Source: Polyangiaceae bacterium (GTDB lineage Bacteria > Myxococcota_A > Polyangia > Polyangiales > Polyangiaceae). Taken from it: 64,000 nt of DNA. Below the pieces are notes generated by a model, which made no database searches, was not told the origin of the DNA, and saw only the letters and a list, made by a program, of their open reading frames with translations. This document shows positions 51,399-61,695 of this stretch, piece after piece; position 1 is the stretch's first letter, and each line of letters starts with the position of its first letter. Made by a program: the position numbers and the translations under genes. The stretch is from contig JBGANF010000006.1 of NCBI GenBank assembly GCA_044222475.1, positions 62,379 through 126,378 on the forward strand, given 5' to 3'.

Positions 51399-52346
51399 AT
51401 GGGAAGCGATCGCGCGCGCCAGAAGAAGCTGGAGAAACAGAAGAAGAAGAGGGCGCAGCACGCGGCTGCAGCGCGCGGTCCGACGAAAGGCCGAAGCGAA
51501 GCTCAGAAGATGCTGCTCGCGCGCGCAGCCCACGCGCCCGCCGGCGACGCATGGGCGTCGGTCGAGTGGCGCGAGAACGCGCCCGCGCTCGTCACCGTGG
51601 TCGTCACCCGGAAGCTCCCGGATGGGAGCCTGGTCGCCGGTGTCGCTCTCGTCGACCGAACGAGCCTCGGGATCAAGAACGGCCAGCTCCGTGGGCCGCT
51701 TCGCGGTCGCGAGGTCGACGCGTTCATCGGCCAGCTCGGTCGGATCAACCCTCGCGGGATGGAGGTGGTCAGCGAACGCACCGCGCGCTCGATCCTTCAC
51801 CACGCGGTCGCCTACGCCCGCACGCTCGGCTTCGAGCCGCACCCCGACTTCCCCATGAGCCTGCTCGGCCCCGCCGACGATCTCGAGGACACGCCGCTCG
51901 CGAAGCCGGATCGACCGGTCTACGTCGCCGAGCCCGAGGACGACTCGCCGAAGATCGTCAGCCGGCTGACGATCGCGGTCGGCGAAGGAAACTTCGACGT
52001 CCACGTCCCCGACGACGCGCTCGGCAGCACCGCCATGGTGCTCGATCGCTACACGATCGGTGCGGAGGCGGACGCCGAGGGCGTCCTCGCCATCGTGGCG
52101 ACGTTGGAAGGAGCGACGCGCGCCGAAGGGGCTGAAGGCGTGAGCCTTCGGCGACGCGGCGCGGTGTCGAGCGCGCACGTCGAAGACGGCGCGCTGCTGG
52201 TCCTCTCCGGCAGCGACGAGTCAGCGGCGGCGATCCGCCGGGACCTCGAGGCAGTGCTCGGCGCGAAGATCCTCTTCGATCGGCGCGAGCACCTCTCGGG
52301 TCGCGAAGTCCTCGCTCGCATGGCGGGAGAGGAACCGGGAGACTAG
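51399..52346 (+). CDS. Hypothetical protein
   Basis: Basic N-terminus; LVD...LGIKN, YA..LGFEPHPDF. Confidence 0.75.
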   Translation: MGSDRARQKKLEKQKKKRAQHAAAARGPTKGRSEAQKMLLARAAHAPAGDAWASVEWRENAPALVTVVVTRKLPDGSLVAGVALVDRTSLGIKNGQLRGPLRGREVDAFIGQLGRINPRGMEVVSERTARSILHHAVAYARTLGFEPHPDFPMSLLGPADDLEDTPLAKPDRPVYVAEPEDDSPKIVSRLTIAVGEGNFDVHVPDDALGSTAMVLDRYTIGAEADAEGVLAIVATLEGATRAEGAEGVSLRRRGAVSSAHVEDGALLVLSGSDESAAAIRRDLEAVLGAKILFDRREHLSGREVLARMAGEEPGD

Positions 52347-52789
52347 GTCTCCTCGGGGATCGCCGTCGTTCGATCCCCGCCGACCATCGCGCGCATCACG
52401 CGGACGAAGCGCTGCCACGCGGTCTCTTCTTGTCCTTCCACCGGAGCTTCCTCCAGCGCGAGCGCGAGGATGTCGTCGAACGCGGGGCGCGGGACGAACG
52501 TCCCGCCGCACTCGCCGCAGGTGAGGAGCGTGTGCGGCTTTCCCCACTCGAGCTTGCGCTGACATCGCGGGCACGCTGCGTCGCTCGGGATCGCGACCGG
52601 GGCGCGATGCGAGAGCGGGCCGGTCTGACGCGTGACGTGGAGGAGCTCGCCGTCGAACCAGTCGACCCAGAGGCCTCGGCACCGCGCGCACACGTCCACG
52701 GTGCAGCCCTCGAGCATGCGTTGCTCCATGATCTCGCGGCACGCTGGGCACATGGCGCCCTTGTCACGATAGGCCTCGCTGGTGATCAT
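52343..52789 (-). CDS. zf-TFIIB-like double zinc-ribbon protein
   Basis: CPAC..M, VDVC..C.GLW.D, CPRC, CGEC. Confidence 0.8.
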   Translation of the reverse strand: MITSEAYRDKGAMCPACREIMEQRMLEGCTVDVCARCRGLWVDWFDGELLHVTRQTGPLSHRAPVAIPSDAACPRCQRKLEWGKPHTLLTCGECGGTFVPRPAFDDILALALEEAPVEGQEETAWQRFVRVMRAMVGGDRTTAIPEET

Positions 52790-52832
52790 CGTCTGCCGAG
52801 CCTATCACTGGCTCCGGGCGCCGATCACGCCA

Positions 52833-54698
52833 TTACCAAGGGTGACCACGTCCCGAGCCTTGGGCGGCCTCGAGCATGTCCATGCCGCACGCGTCGACGC
52901 CCAGATCCGTCTCTTCTTCGGGATCGGCGGCGAAGTCGTAGCAACCCCAGGCGTGATCTCCCTGGTGCGCGATGAGCTTCTTCGTGCCCTTCATCGCGCC
53001 CCAGTTTCGGAACGCACACGCCCAGAGCTCGCTGCAGTTGGTGAGCTTGATGAGGCGGTTCGGGTCCGAGCCGCCGCGGAGAAGGCTCCGGCCGGCGAGC
53101 GGCTTCTCCAGCGACGCGAGCTCGGGTGCGTCCAACAGACCCATCAGATCGAGCAGGGTGGGGAAGACGTCGAGGCTCGTCACCGGCGTGTCGCGCAGGT
53201 TGCGCAGGCTCTCCTCTTCGTCGCGCGTGAGCGTTCCCGGCGGCGCGTCGATCCAGAAGGGGATGCGGATCTCCCAGTCCCACAACGTACCGGTGTGACC
53301 GACCGCGCCCTTCTCGCGCTCTTGCTCTCCGTGATCGGAGACGAACACGATGATCGTGCGATCGCCCTCGGGTCGCGCGCGGATGCCTTTGATGAGCCGC
53401 GCCACGGCGACGTCCTGGAGGTAGATCGAGTCCTGGTAGCGGTTGCGGATCTCGTTCTCGTAGCCGGGGCCGCCGATCATCGCCTCGGGTTGGAAGGGCG
53501 AGTAGTCAGCGTCGACCTTGTACGGGAAGTGCGTGTTCGAGAGGTGCACCACCTCGAGGTACGGCTCGCGCACCCCGTCCATGTCGCCGAGGGCGTAGTC
53601 GACGAGCTTGCCGTCGTCGGCGCCGAGCTCCATCGTCGCGTCCGGCTCGAGCTGCGTCGCGCTCACCGTCTTGACCAACGGCACGGAGGCGATCCACGTG
53701 CCGGAGTTGCCGAAGAGGAGGTTCTGCGACGTCCAGTAGGTGCCGTCGAGGTTTGCCGCCTTGAGGTACTCCCAGATGAGCGGCGCCGAGTGGAGGTCCT
53801 TGCGCGACTCCGTCGGGAAGTGGCCGCTCCACATGATCGCGAGCGAGATCGCGGTCGTCGAGTCGAGCGCGCGCATCTGCGTGAGAGGGAAGCGATTCGG
53901 CACGAGCACGTTCGAGAACGGCGTCCACTTGCAGTGCTCGTCGTACGCGACGCACACGCTCTGCGCGCGGACGCTCTCGGTGATGACGAAGACGACGTTG
54001 CGCTTGGCCGGCGGCTTCGCGGTGATCGGCGGCACCGGGATCGGCGATCGAGGTCCGGGGTGGATGCGCTCCACGGTTTCGTTGTGATCCCAGTGGGCGC
54101 GAGCGAGCTGGCCCATCGCCGACACGTACAGGACGTCGGGTGGTGCGCCTTGGTTGTCGCCCACGCTGCCGAACATCGCGATCACGATCGCGGCGGTCGA
54201 TAGGTCGAGCGCGAACAGCGCGTCGCTCCGTTTCCAACGACCGACGTGGCGCGATGCGAACGGCACGAGCAACGCGAAGAGCAACGGAGGGCCGATGATC
54301 GCCAGGAACGAGTAGCGGTCGCTCCAGAGTTGCTGACCGACGCTCGGGAGCATCGTCGTGCCGACGAGCGCCGCGCGATGGTCGAGGTACGCCTGGTAGC
54401 GCGCGAAGATGTACGCCTGGCCGCCTACCGCCAGCGCGGCCCCCGCGACCAGCAACAGGCGCGCCCACCAGCGGAGCAGCCCGCGGCGGTGCATCGCCAT
54501 GTACACGACCGCGCCCCAGAGAGAGGCGCTCAGGAGACACCAGAACACGTAGATCCGCGTCTCGCGCCCAGTGAACATGTACAGCGTCTCGTGTCGGCGG
54601 AGGATGTCCCCCAGGACGATCGCGAGGCCCGGGAGCACCATGAGGCCGACCGCGATCGCCTTCCGTGCACGGACATGGGATTTTCGGGGGACGGCCAC
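52833..54698 (-). CDS. Membrane sulfatase-like / phosphotransferase (alkaline phosphatase superfamily)
   Basis: Several TM helices, then NVVFVITESVR, THFPY, SDHGE, RIPFWI. Confidence 0.88.
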   Translation of the reverse strand: MAVPRKSHVRARKAIAVGLMVLPGLAIVLGDILRRHETLYMFTGRETRIYVFWCLLSASLWGAVVYMAMHRRGLLRWWARLLLVAGAALAVGGQAYIFARYQAYLDHRAALVGTTMLPSVGQQLWSDRYSFLAIIGPPLLFALLVPFASRHVGRWKRSDALFALDLSTAAIVIAMFGSVGDNQGAPPDVLYVSAMGQLARAHWDHNETVERIHPGPRSPIPVPPITAKPPAKRNVVFVITESVRAQSVCVAYDEHCKWTPFSNVLVPNRFPLTQMRALDSTTAISLAIMWSGHFPTESRKDLHSAPLIWEYLKAANLDGTYWTSQNLLFGNSGTWIASVPLVKTVSATQLEPDATMELGADDGKLVDYALGDMDGVREPYLEVVHLSNTHFPYKVDADYSPFQPEAMIGGPGYENEIRNRYQDSIYLQDVAVARLIKGIRARPEGDRTIIVFVSDHGEQEREKGAVGHTGTLWDWEIRIPFWIDAPPGTLTRDEEESLRNLRDTPVTSLDVFPTLLDLMGLLDAPELASLEKPLAGRSLLRGGSDPNRLIKLTNCSELWACAFRNWGAMKGTKKLIAHQGDHAWGCYDFAADPEEETDLGVDACGMDMLEAAQGSGRGHPW

Positions 54699-54823
54699 GG
54701 CTTTCCAGACTTATGACGCAACGTGCCGTATGGAGATGTAAAACTTTGTCGGAGCCCCTCCGCCCGATTCGTGGCTCGGGGTCACTGTTCCGTTGACGTT
54801 GAGCCTTTCTACCGTCACTTTCC

Positions 54824-55351
54824 ATGGGCATGGGCACGACGCCGCGCGCCTTCAAAGCCGTCCGTCTGGACGGTGACGAGCCGGAGGACCAAGTCTCCGG
54901 AGCTCAGCTCAGGACGCCCAGGGCGGAGAAGTCCCCGTTTGCCGATGACGACAGCGACTCCGGCGTCCACCCGATCGGGCGCGAGGTCATCGAGCGCGAG
55001 CTCGGCGCGAAGATGTGGGCCGCCTTCGCGGAGAAGGATTACCGCGGCGCGCTCGCCGTAGCGAAGGAGCTGCTCGCGTACAACCCGACGCACACGGTCG
55101 CGGCGGTGTGCGTCGAGGAGTGCCGTCGAAACCTGATCCGCGACATCGAGCTCACGTCGACTGCCTACGTCGTCGGCACACCCGAAGCGATTCGCTCGGC
55201 CGGGCTGCAGCATCGTGAGGGTTTCCTGCTCGCGCAGATCGACGGGCTCCTCTCCGTGGACGAGCTGCTCGATGTGAGCGGCATGGAGCACGGCGAGGCC
55301 CTCGAGGTCATCGCGAAGCTGGTCACGCTGGGACTCGTAGCGGTTCGCTGA
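54824..55351 (+). CDS. Hypothetical protein
   Basis: C-terminal L.HREGFLLAQIDG..SVDELLDVSGM winged-helix-like segment. Confidence 0.75.
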   Translation: MGMGTTPRAFKAVRLDGDEPEDQVSGAQLRTPRAEKSPFADDDSDSGVHPIGREVIERELGAKMWAAFAEKDYRGALAVAKELLAYNPTHTVAAVCVEECRRNLIRDIELTSTAYVVGTPEAIRSAGLQHREGFLLAQIDGLLSVDELLDVSGMEHGEALEVIAKLVTLGLVAVR

Positions 55352-55356
55352 GCTCC

Positions 55357-55555
55357 CCAACGTCAGGGGCTTCGCCCCCGACACCCCCACGGAGAGACTT
55401 CGAAGCTCCCTGCGGGAGCTTCTCGGTTGGGGGCCCGCCCCCAACGGCCCCGGTCACCAGACCGTTAGCCGGCGATCGTTTCTACGGAGAGACTTCGAAG
55501 CTCCCTGCGGGAGCTTCTCGGTTGGGGCCCGCCCCCAACGGCCCCGGTCACCAGA
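55357..55555. repeat. Composite REP-like palindromic element with a 72/73-bp direct duplication
   Basis: 55389-55461 matches 55484-55555 (one G indel); hairpins GGGGCTTCGCCCC, GAAGCTCCC-tgc-GGGAGCTTC, GTTGGGG..CCCCAAC; 55357-55399 identical to 63943-63985. Confidence 0.9.
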
Positions 55556-55561
55556 GCCCCT

Positions 55562-55615
55562 CGCGCTCCCGCTCCCACTCCCACTCCCACTCCCACTCCC
55601 ACTCCCACTCCCGCT
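55562..55615. repeat. Tandem CTCCCA/CTCCCG hexamer tract
   Basis: About 8 units; same unit at 2017-2136 and 15220-15285. Confidence 0.85.
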
Positions 55616-55619
55616 CTTC

Positions 55620-55653
55620 TTGCTTGCGTTCATGCGTATGCATGTATATATGT
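55620..55653 (+). promoter_or_regulatory. AT-rich promoter/operator of the ArsR-MTase-ahcY operon (likely leaderless)
   Basis: TTGCGT...TATATA directly before ATG, imperfect dyad centred on ATGCAT. Confidence 0.5.
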
Positions 55654-56652
55654 ATGGACGTGACTCTTCAGGAAGCCCCTCAGCGCTGGGAGCTCTACCG
55701 CGTGCTCGCCGAGCCCGTTCGGCTTCGCATGCTCGCGCTCGTGGCCGAGGAAGAGCTCGCGGTCGGTGAAATCGCCGAGCTGCTCGGCGAAAGCCAGCCG
55801 AACGTCTCGCGACACGTCGCGCCCCTGAAGCAGCTCGGGCTCGTGGTCCTCCGCCGCGAGGGAACGCGCAGCCTCGTCAGCCTCCGCGACGCCGGGGACC
55901 CGGTCGTCGCGGACGCGCTCCGCAGCGGCCGCTCGCTCTGCGAGTCCGATGGCAGCCTCGCGCGGCTCGTCGAGATCGTCCGCGCCCGTGACGCCGTCGC
56001 GCGCGAGTTCTTCGAGCGCGCCACGAACGGGCGTCGCGAAGCAGGCGGCCCCCCGCCCGAGCTCGGCGCGTACCTCGCGGCGCTCGCTCCGCTCATCGCG
56101 CACCGCGCGCTTGCGATCGACGCGGGCACCGGTGATGGCTCGCTGCTCGAGGTGCTGGCGCCGGTGTTCGAGAAGGTCGTCGCGGTCGATCGCTCGGAGG
56201 CGCAGCTCTCGATGGCTCGCGCGCGCGTGAAGCACCGCGCGTTCGCCAACGTCGACGTGGTTCGCGGCGAGATCGACGGCAAGGACTTCGTGAAGAGCTA
56301 CGCTGGCAAGGCCGACGCGGTGTTCGCGGCGCGGCTCCTTCATCATGCGCCGCGTCCGGCCGAGGTGGTGCACAAGCTCGCCGAGCTCGTGCGACCCGGC
56401 GGCGCGCTCATCGTGATCGACTACGCCCGTCACGACGACGAGCGCATGCGCGAGCAGGCCGATCTCTGGCTGGGCTTCGAGCCGAAGGAGCTCGAGAAGT
56501 TCGCCAAGAGCGCGGGCCTCGCCGCGCCGCACGTCACGAGGATCCCGCCCGCGCTTCACACCGGCGGGCCCGACGCACATCTTCCGTGGCAGCTCTTCTG
56601 CGCCACGAAGTCACCTGTATTGGCACACAAGAAAGGACACGATCATGGCTGA
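55654..56652 (+). CDS. ArsR-family regulator fused to a SAM-binding methyltransferase domain (SahR-like)
   Basis: [43 protein letters not shown]; overlaps ahcY start. Confidence 0.9.
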   Translation: MDVTLQEAPQRWELYRVLAEPVRLRMLALVAEEELAVGEIAELLGESQPNVSRHVAPLKQLGLVVLRREGTRSLVSLRDAGDPVVADALRSGRSLCESDGSLARLVEIVRARDAVAREFFERATNGRREAGGPPPELGAYLAALAPLIAHRALAIDAGTGDGSLLEVLAPVFEKVVAVDRSEAQLSMARARVKHRAFANVDVVRGEIDGKDFVKSYAGKADAVFAARLLHHAPRPAEVVHKLAELVRPGGALIVIDYARHDDERMREQADLWLGFEPKELEKFAKSAGLAAPHVTRIPPALHTGGPDAHLPWQLFCATKSPVLAHKKGHDHG

Positions 56653-57964
56653 CGGATCTTCGTACGTTCCCGGGAAATTCAAGGTCAAGGACATCTCGCT
56701 CGCTGACTGGGGGCGCAAGGAGATCACGATCGCCGAGAGCGAGATGCCCGGTCTCATGGCGCTCCGCGCGGAGTACGGCGCGAAGAAGCCGCTCAAGGGC
56801 GCGCGCATCGCGGGCTGCCTCCACATGACCGTGCAGACCGCCGTCCTCATGGAGACGCTGATCGAGCTCGGCGCCGAGATCACCTGGACGTCGTGCAACA
56901 TCTACTCGACCCAGGATCACGCCGCCGCCGCGATGGCGAAGGCCGGCATCCCCGTCTTCGCCTGGAAGGGCGAGACCGAGGAGGAATACAACGAGTGCAT
57001 CGAGATGCAGCTCAAGGCCTTCCCCGGTGGCAAGGGCCCGAACATGATCCTCGACGACGGCGGTGACCTCACCATCGTCGCGCACGAGAAGCACCCCGAG
57101 CTCTTCAGCGGGCCGGACGCGATCCGCGGCATCTCCGAGGAGACGACCACGGGCGTGCACCGCCTCTACGAGATGTTCAAGACCGGCAAGCTCAAGGTGC
57201 CGGCGATCAACGTCAACGACTCGGTCACCAAGTCGAAGTTCGACAACCTCTACGGCTGCCGCGAGTCGCTCGGTGACGGGCTCAAGCGCGCGACCGGCGT
57301 CATGTTCGCCGGCAAGGTCGCGGTCGTCGCTGGTTACGGTGACGTCGGCAAGGGCTGCGCGCAGTCGCTCCGCGGCCTCGGTGCGCGCGTCATCATCACC
57401 GAGATCGACCCCATCAACGCCCTCCAGGCGGCGATGGAAGGCTACCAAGTCACGACGATGGAAGAAGCGGCGCCCCAGGCCGACATCGTCGTCACCGCGA
57501 CCGGTTGCCTCGACATCCTCCGCGCCGAGCACATGAAGGTGATGAAGGACCAGTCGATCGTCTGCAACATCGGTCACTTCGATTGCGAGATCGACGTCGC
57601 TTGGCTCGAGAAGAACACCAAGGAAGTCAGCATCAAGCCGCAGGTCGACCAGTTCGTGTTCCCGGACGGCAAGCGCCTCACGGTGCTCGCGCGTGGCCGC
57701 CTCGTGAACCTCGGCTGCGCGAACGGCCACCCGTCGTTCGTCATGAGCTCGAGCTTCACCAACCAGGTCCTCGCCCAGATCGCCCTCTGGACCGAGAAGT
57801 TCCCGGTCGGCGTGCACGTCCTCCCGAAGAAGCTCGACGAGAAGGTCGCGAGCCTCCACCTCGGCAAGCTCGGCGTGAAGCTGACGAAGCTCACCGGCAA
57901 GCAGGCGGAGTACCTCGGCGTCTCGACCGAGGGGCCGTTCAAGCCGGACCACTACCGCTACTAG
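56645..57964 (+). CDS. ahcY: S-adenosylhomocysteine hydrolase
   Basis: [54 protein letters not shown]. Confidence 0.98.
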   Translation: MADGSSYVPGKFKVKDISLADWGRKEITIAESEMPGLMALRAEYGAKKPLKGARIAGCLHMTVQTAVLMETLIELGAEITWTSCNIYSTQDHAAAAMAKAGIPVFAWKGETEEEYNECIEMQLKAFPGGKGPNMILDDGGDLTIVAHEKHPELFSGPDAIRGISEETTTGVHRLYEMFKTGKLKVPAINVNDSVTKSKFDNLYGCRESLGDGLKRATGVMFAGKVAVVAGYGDVGKGCAQSLRGLGARVIITEIDPINALQAAMEGYQVTTMEEAAPQADIVVTATGCLDILRAEHMKVMKDQSIVCNIGHFDCEIDVAWLEKNTKEVSIKPQVDQFVFPDGKRLTVLARGRLVNLGCANGHPSFVMSSSFTNQVLAQIALWTEKFPVGVHVLPKKLDEKVASLHLGKLGVKLTKLTGKQAEYLGVSTEGPFKPDHYRY

Positions 57965-57989
57965 CAGCGTCATCCCAAACTGGGATGAG

Positions 57990-58030
57990 GGCGCCCTCGG
58001 TGACACCGTCACCGGGGGCGTCTTCTTTTC
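57990..58030 (+). terminator. Intrinsic terminator after ahcY
   Basis: GGCGCCCTCGGTGAC-acc-GTCACCGGGGGCGTC followed by TTCTTTT; second hairpin at 57970-57988. Confidence 0.8.
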
Positions 58031-58031
58031 G

Positions 58032-59168
58032 TCACTGGAACGTGAGCGTGATCGTCTGCGACGGCGCGCCGCCACAGGTCGGCCCGTTGAGGGCGTTGAA
58101 GTTCGACGCCGAGAAGCACGCGCGGAGGATGCGGCCCGGGTTGGGGCAGTTGTTGCCGCTGCACTGGGACGGCGGATCGATCCAGAGCTCGCCGAAGTCG
58201 CGGTTGCAGGTCGACCACACGTGTCCGCCGCACGAGGGCGTGGTGTACGAGGTGACGTTCTTGAGCGCGCTCGCGAACGAGTCGACCTGAGCCGGGATGT
58301 TGCAGGTCACGCCGACCGGGTCGGCCGTGCCGTTGAGCGTCATCTGGCTGTAGCCGGAGCCGAGGGTGGCGATGAACGCCTTCCACTGGTTGCAGATCGT
58401 CGTCTGCACGCCGGGGAACACCGCGCTGAAGACCGCCGGCGGCGGGCCGGACTTGCACACGCCGCTCACGCAGTTCGGGGTTCCGCCGGAGCACGTCACT
58501 CCGCAGGCGCCGCAGTTCTGCTTGTCGGACGCGAGGTTGACGCAGGTGTTGTTGCAGTTGCCGAGCCCGAAGCCGCAGCACTTGCCCTTGTTGCAGTGCT
58601 CGTCGGTGGCGCACACGGTGCTGCACGAGCCGCAGTGATCGTGGGCCCAGGTCGTGTCCCAGCAGAGGTTGTCGTTGCAGAGCGTCGTGTTCTGCCCGCA
58701 CGTGATGCCGCACTTGGAGTTCGAGCAGTCGGTGGTGCCGAGCGTCCAGCCAGGCCCGTAGCCGCCGTCGGGCGGGGGAAGACCGGAGTCGGGGTTGCCG
58801 GTGCCGCCCTCGGGGCCGCCGTCGGGGTTGGAGCACACGGTGCCGCACGTGCCGCAGTTCTTCGGGTCCTTGGTGGTGTCGACGCAGCTGCCCGAGTCGC
58901 CGGCGCACTTGATGAGAGGCGCGTCGCACGAGCCCTTGCACTTGCCGGCCGAGCAGACCTGGGTCGAGCTGCACGCGTTCGTACACGTGCCGCAGTGCTT
59001 GGGATCGGTCTGGAGATCGAACTGCGGGCACGCGTCGCCGCCGGAGGAGCCGTCGAGGCCGACGCTCGCATCGGTGTCGATGCCGGTACCGACGCTCGAG
59101 CCAACGCACGCAGCAATCGAGACGGCAGGAAGTCCAAGGAACAAGCCGGAGAGGAGCAAGCGACGCAT
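58032..59168 (-). CDS. Cys-rich repeat lipoprotein (myxobacterial DxxNCGxCGxxC repeats)
   Basis: Lipobox IAAC; four D..(N/H)CG.C...C units. Confidence 0.88.
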   Translation of the reverse strand: MRRLLLSGLFLGLPAVSIAACVGSSVGTGIDTDASVGLDGSSGGDACPQFDLQTDPKHCGTCTNACSSTQVCSAGKCKGSCDAPLIKCAGDSGSCVDTTKDPKNCGTCGTVCSNPDGGPEGGTGNPDSGLPPPDGGYGPGWTLGTTDCSNSKCGITCGQNTTLCNDNLCWDTTWAHDHCGSCSTVCATDEHCNKGKCCGFGLGNCNNTCVNLASDKQNCGACGVTCSGGTPNCVSGVCKSGPPPAVFSAVFPGVQTTICNQWKAFIATLGSGYSQMTLNGTADPVGVTCNIPAQVDSFASALKNVTSYTTPSCGGHVWSTCNRDFGELWIDPPSQCSGNNCPNPGRILRACFSASNFNALNGPTCGGAPSQTITLTFQ

Positions 59169-59300
59169 CCCTCCATGATCGCCCAGCCGCGCCGGCTCGG
59201 CAAGGTGGTCACCGGTCGGGGCTCCGGATCGGTCGTGATCCGTTCCTCCGAACGAGATCAACGGGTTGGAGCTGGATCGGGACGTGCAAACCGAGGGGTC

Positions 59301-60353
59301 GTGCCCTACCGACACCCCTTCCTCTTCGTCGCCGCGTTCGCCAGCGTCGCTGCGTGCTCGTCGGCGCCGGACCTCGAGACCTCGACCGAAGACGACGTCG
59401 CCGCGTCGCAGGGAGCGGCGATCGCGAGCTGCCCGGGCCCCTCCGATTTCAAGCAGTTCGAGTGCCCCGCGTCGTGGAGCAAGGCCGCAGCGCCGCAAGA
59501 CTGTGCGTGCGTGTCGTCACGCTACGACTGCATGGCGCCGAACCCGCAAGCGAGCCTCGACGGCGACAAGAACCGCGCGCGGTACCTCAATGGTACGACC
59601 GGATCGTGGCCGGTCGCGAAGGGCATCGGCGTCTACGACGGGCGCCACGAGCGGATCGGCACTGCACAGTCGAGCGCGGTGCTCGTGAACTACGGACAGA
59701 AGAAGACGATGTTCGGGCGGACCTACGTCCTCGCGCGCACCGTCTCGATCGGGGGCGATCAAGTGACCGCGGGCTGGCTCGACGCGGCGTGCGTCGGGTG
59801 GGACGGGACGTCCACTCCGGCCTCGACCTGCGAAGGTGCACCCACGCCGGCGGTGAAGATGCCCAGCGTCGTCGGGCGTCGCCCGCCGAAGGCGTCGCAG
59901 GACAAAGTCACGGCGTACCGCTTCCTCTCAGCGCCTCCGTCGTGGGTGTCCCAAATTGGGCCCGACTCGATCAAGGTCGTGTGCGACACCGACGACTCGC
60001 ACATGTCGCTCGGTGACTACCTGCCGCGTCCGCGCGACGCCGGGCGCGTCGTCACCGCGCACCTCCTGTTCACGTTGCCGGGCCAGCAGCCCGCGCTCAG
60101 CGGCATCGCGGGCGACACGTTCATCGTCGGTCACGCGGAGGCTGGCCAGATCGTGTCGAACGACGTCCGCTTCTACCGGCTGCGAGACGTCCCCGCGGTG
60201 CTGGTGGATCTCTACAAGCCGGGCTCCCCCGAGACGATGCCCGACCACCCGCGCACGCCGTTCGTCTACGGCTACGTGAAGTACCAAAAAGCCAACGGCG
60301 ATTGGGCGAAGCGCTTCGGTTGGGTGGCGTACCTCGCACTGGAGAAGGCGTGA
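59301..60353 (+). CDS. Hypothetical lipoprotein
   Basis: Lipobox VAAC; ends RFGWVAYLAL. Confidence 0.75.
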   Translation: MPYRHPFLFVAAFASVAACSSAPDLETSTEDDVAASQGAAIASCPGPSDFKQFECPASWSKAAAPQDCACVSSRYDCMAPNPQASLDGDKNRARYLNGTTGSWPVAKGIGVYDGRHERIGTAQSSAVLVNYGQKKTMFGRTYVLARTVSIGGDQVTAGWLDAACVGWDGTSTPASTCEGAPTPAVKMPSVVGRRPPKASQDKVTAYRFLSAPPSWVSQIGPDSIKVVCDTDDSHMSLGDYLPRPRDAGRVVTAHLLFTLPGQQPALSGIAGDTFIVGHAEAGQIVSNDVRFYRLRDVPAVLVDLYKPGSPETMPDHPRTPFVYGYVKYQKANGDWAKRFGWVAYLALEKA

Positions 60354-60547
60354 TGAAGAAGCTCCTCGTTCTTGCGGTTCTCGCGCTCGCGGCGTGCTCC
60401 AGCGAGTCCGGCTACCAAGGCGGCGGGCGAGGCGCGCCGGTCAGCGGCGGTGAACCCGCGGTGTCGGACGACCTCGGAGGTACCGAGGTGCCGCCCGATC
60501 CCGCGTTCGACGAAGACACCGAGGATCCTCCAGCCGACCCGGAGTGA
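60353..60547 (+). CDS. Small acidic lipoprotein
   Basis: TGATG coupling; MKKLLVLAVLALAAC. Confidence 0.7.
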   Translation: MKKLLVLAVLALAACSSESGYQGGGRGAPVSGGEPAVSDDLGGTEVPPDPAFDEDTEDPPADPE

Positions 60548-60554
60548 GGGGACC

Positions 60555-61604
60555 TCACTTGCTCGTCAGGTCCTGCTCCATCTTGACCGTGATCTTCTGG
60601 GTCTGACCGGTCGGCGCTTGGGCCGACGCCGGCACCTTGATGATGCGGTCGACGCTCTGCGAGCCGACGGCCTTCGACGAGACGCCGTCGAATCGGATGT
60701 CGACGGTGTAGCTGCCCGAGCCCTTGGTCTCGATCGTGGTGCCGGGCGGGACTTGCGGGTCGGCGACCGGGCTGGCCGGTGCGTTGACCGTGTTCTCGAC
60801 CTTCACCGACGCGCCGTTCTCGGTCTTCGTGAGCAGCGTGACGGTCGCGGTCGAGGTGCCCTTGCCGGGCTTCGACAGGGTGGTCTGCCACTTGGCGCCG
60901 ATGCCGACCGGATCGACGGGGAGCGGGACGAGCATGATGTCGAACGCGGCGGCGAGCAGCTCGAGGAGCTGCGCGACCTGGGGCGGCGCCTTCTCGTCCT
61001 GGAACTTGATCTCCTCGATGTCGCCCTGGCCGTTCGCGTCGAACGTGGCGCTGAGGCCGACGAACGCCTTCTCCATCGCGGCCTTCTGGGCAGTGATCTC
61101 CGGCGGCGGCGTCACGCCGGGGGGGATGATCAGCTCGAGGCTCGAGATCTTCATCTCGAAGTGGGTGGAGCTCGTCGCGGCGTTGCGCGTCTTCGGGGTC
61201 GCGGTGAAGGAGTACTTCATCGGCGGTTGCTGCCCGCCGCCCTCGGTGTCGGCCACGATGTCGAGCTTGAGGGTGTTCGTCACGCTTCGCGACTTGTTGA
61301 TCGCGAAGTTGTACGAGAGGCGCGCGCGCGGCTCGGCGCCGGGATCGAGGACCTTGGCCTTCGAGGTCCCGACGAGGCCTGCGCCCGGATCGCTCGCGCC
61401 CGAGTCGACCATGACGACCGACGGCGGAGCCTTCCCCGACTTGTCTTCGAAGAACGAGTTGTAGACGACGTCGCTCGCGATGGGCTCCGGCGGGAGCGCG
61501 GCGGCCTTCGGCTTCGCCGGCTCGTCTTTGCTGCAGGCAGTGAGGCCTGAAAAGAGCAGAGGAAAGGCGAGGGGGGCGATGAGGAGGACGGCTCTACGGC
61601 GCAT
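60555..61604 (-). CDS. Hypothetical lipoprotein
   Basis: Lipobox LTAC; LDPGAEPR..L.Y and PLPVDPVGIGAKW. Confidence 0.8.
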   Translation of the reverse strand: MRRRAVLLIAPLAFPLLFSGLTACSKDEPAKPKAAALPPEPIASDVVYNSFFEDKSGKAPPSVVMVDSGASDPGAGLVGTSKAKVLDPGAEPRARLSYNFAINKSRSVTNTLKLDIVADTEGGGQQPPMKYSFTATPKTRNAATSSTHFEMKISSLELIIPPGVTPPPEITAQKAAMEKAFVGLSATFDANGQGDIEEIKFQDEKAPPQVAQLLELLAAAFDIMLVPLPVDPVGIGAKWQTTLSKPGKGTSTATVTLLTKTENGASVKVENTVNAPASPVADPQVPPGTTIETKGSGSYTVDIRFDGVSSKAVGSQSVDRIIKVPASAQAPTGQTQKITVKMEQDLTSK

Positions 61605-61695
61605 GACGGACGCACCTTCGCCGGCAACGCCCGGTCCGTCAAGCGGCCAAGCACGCTTGCATCCCGGGTTTGGCAAAGCCAAGATGCGGGCCGAC

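Noticed and set aside
55389..55555. Possible CRISPR array (two repeats with a 22-nt spacer)
   Set aside because: Only two units, 72-73 bp is too long for a CRISPR repeat, no cas genes, and the head recurs elsewhere as a dispersed repeat.
55352..55653. SAH or SAM riboswitch upstream of the ahcY operon
   Set aside because: No recognisable riboswitch core by eye; the structure is explained by the repeat element, and the promoter appears to lie downstream of it.
58032..59168. Cys-rich lipoproteins (also 30522 and 49965) as additional RiPP precursors
   Set aside because: They resemble common disulfide-rich myxobacterial repeats and have no adjacent modifying enzymes.
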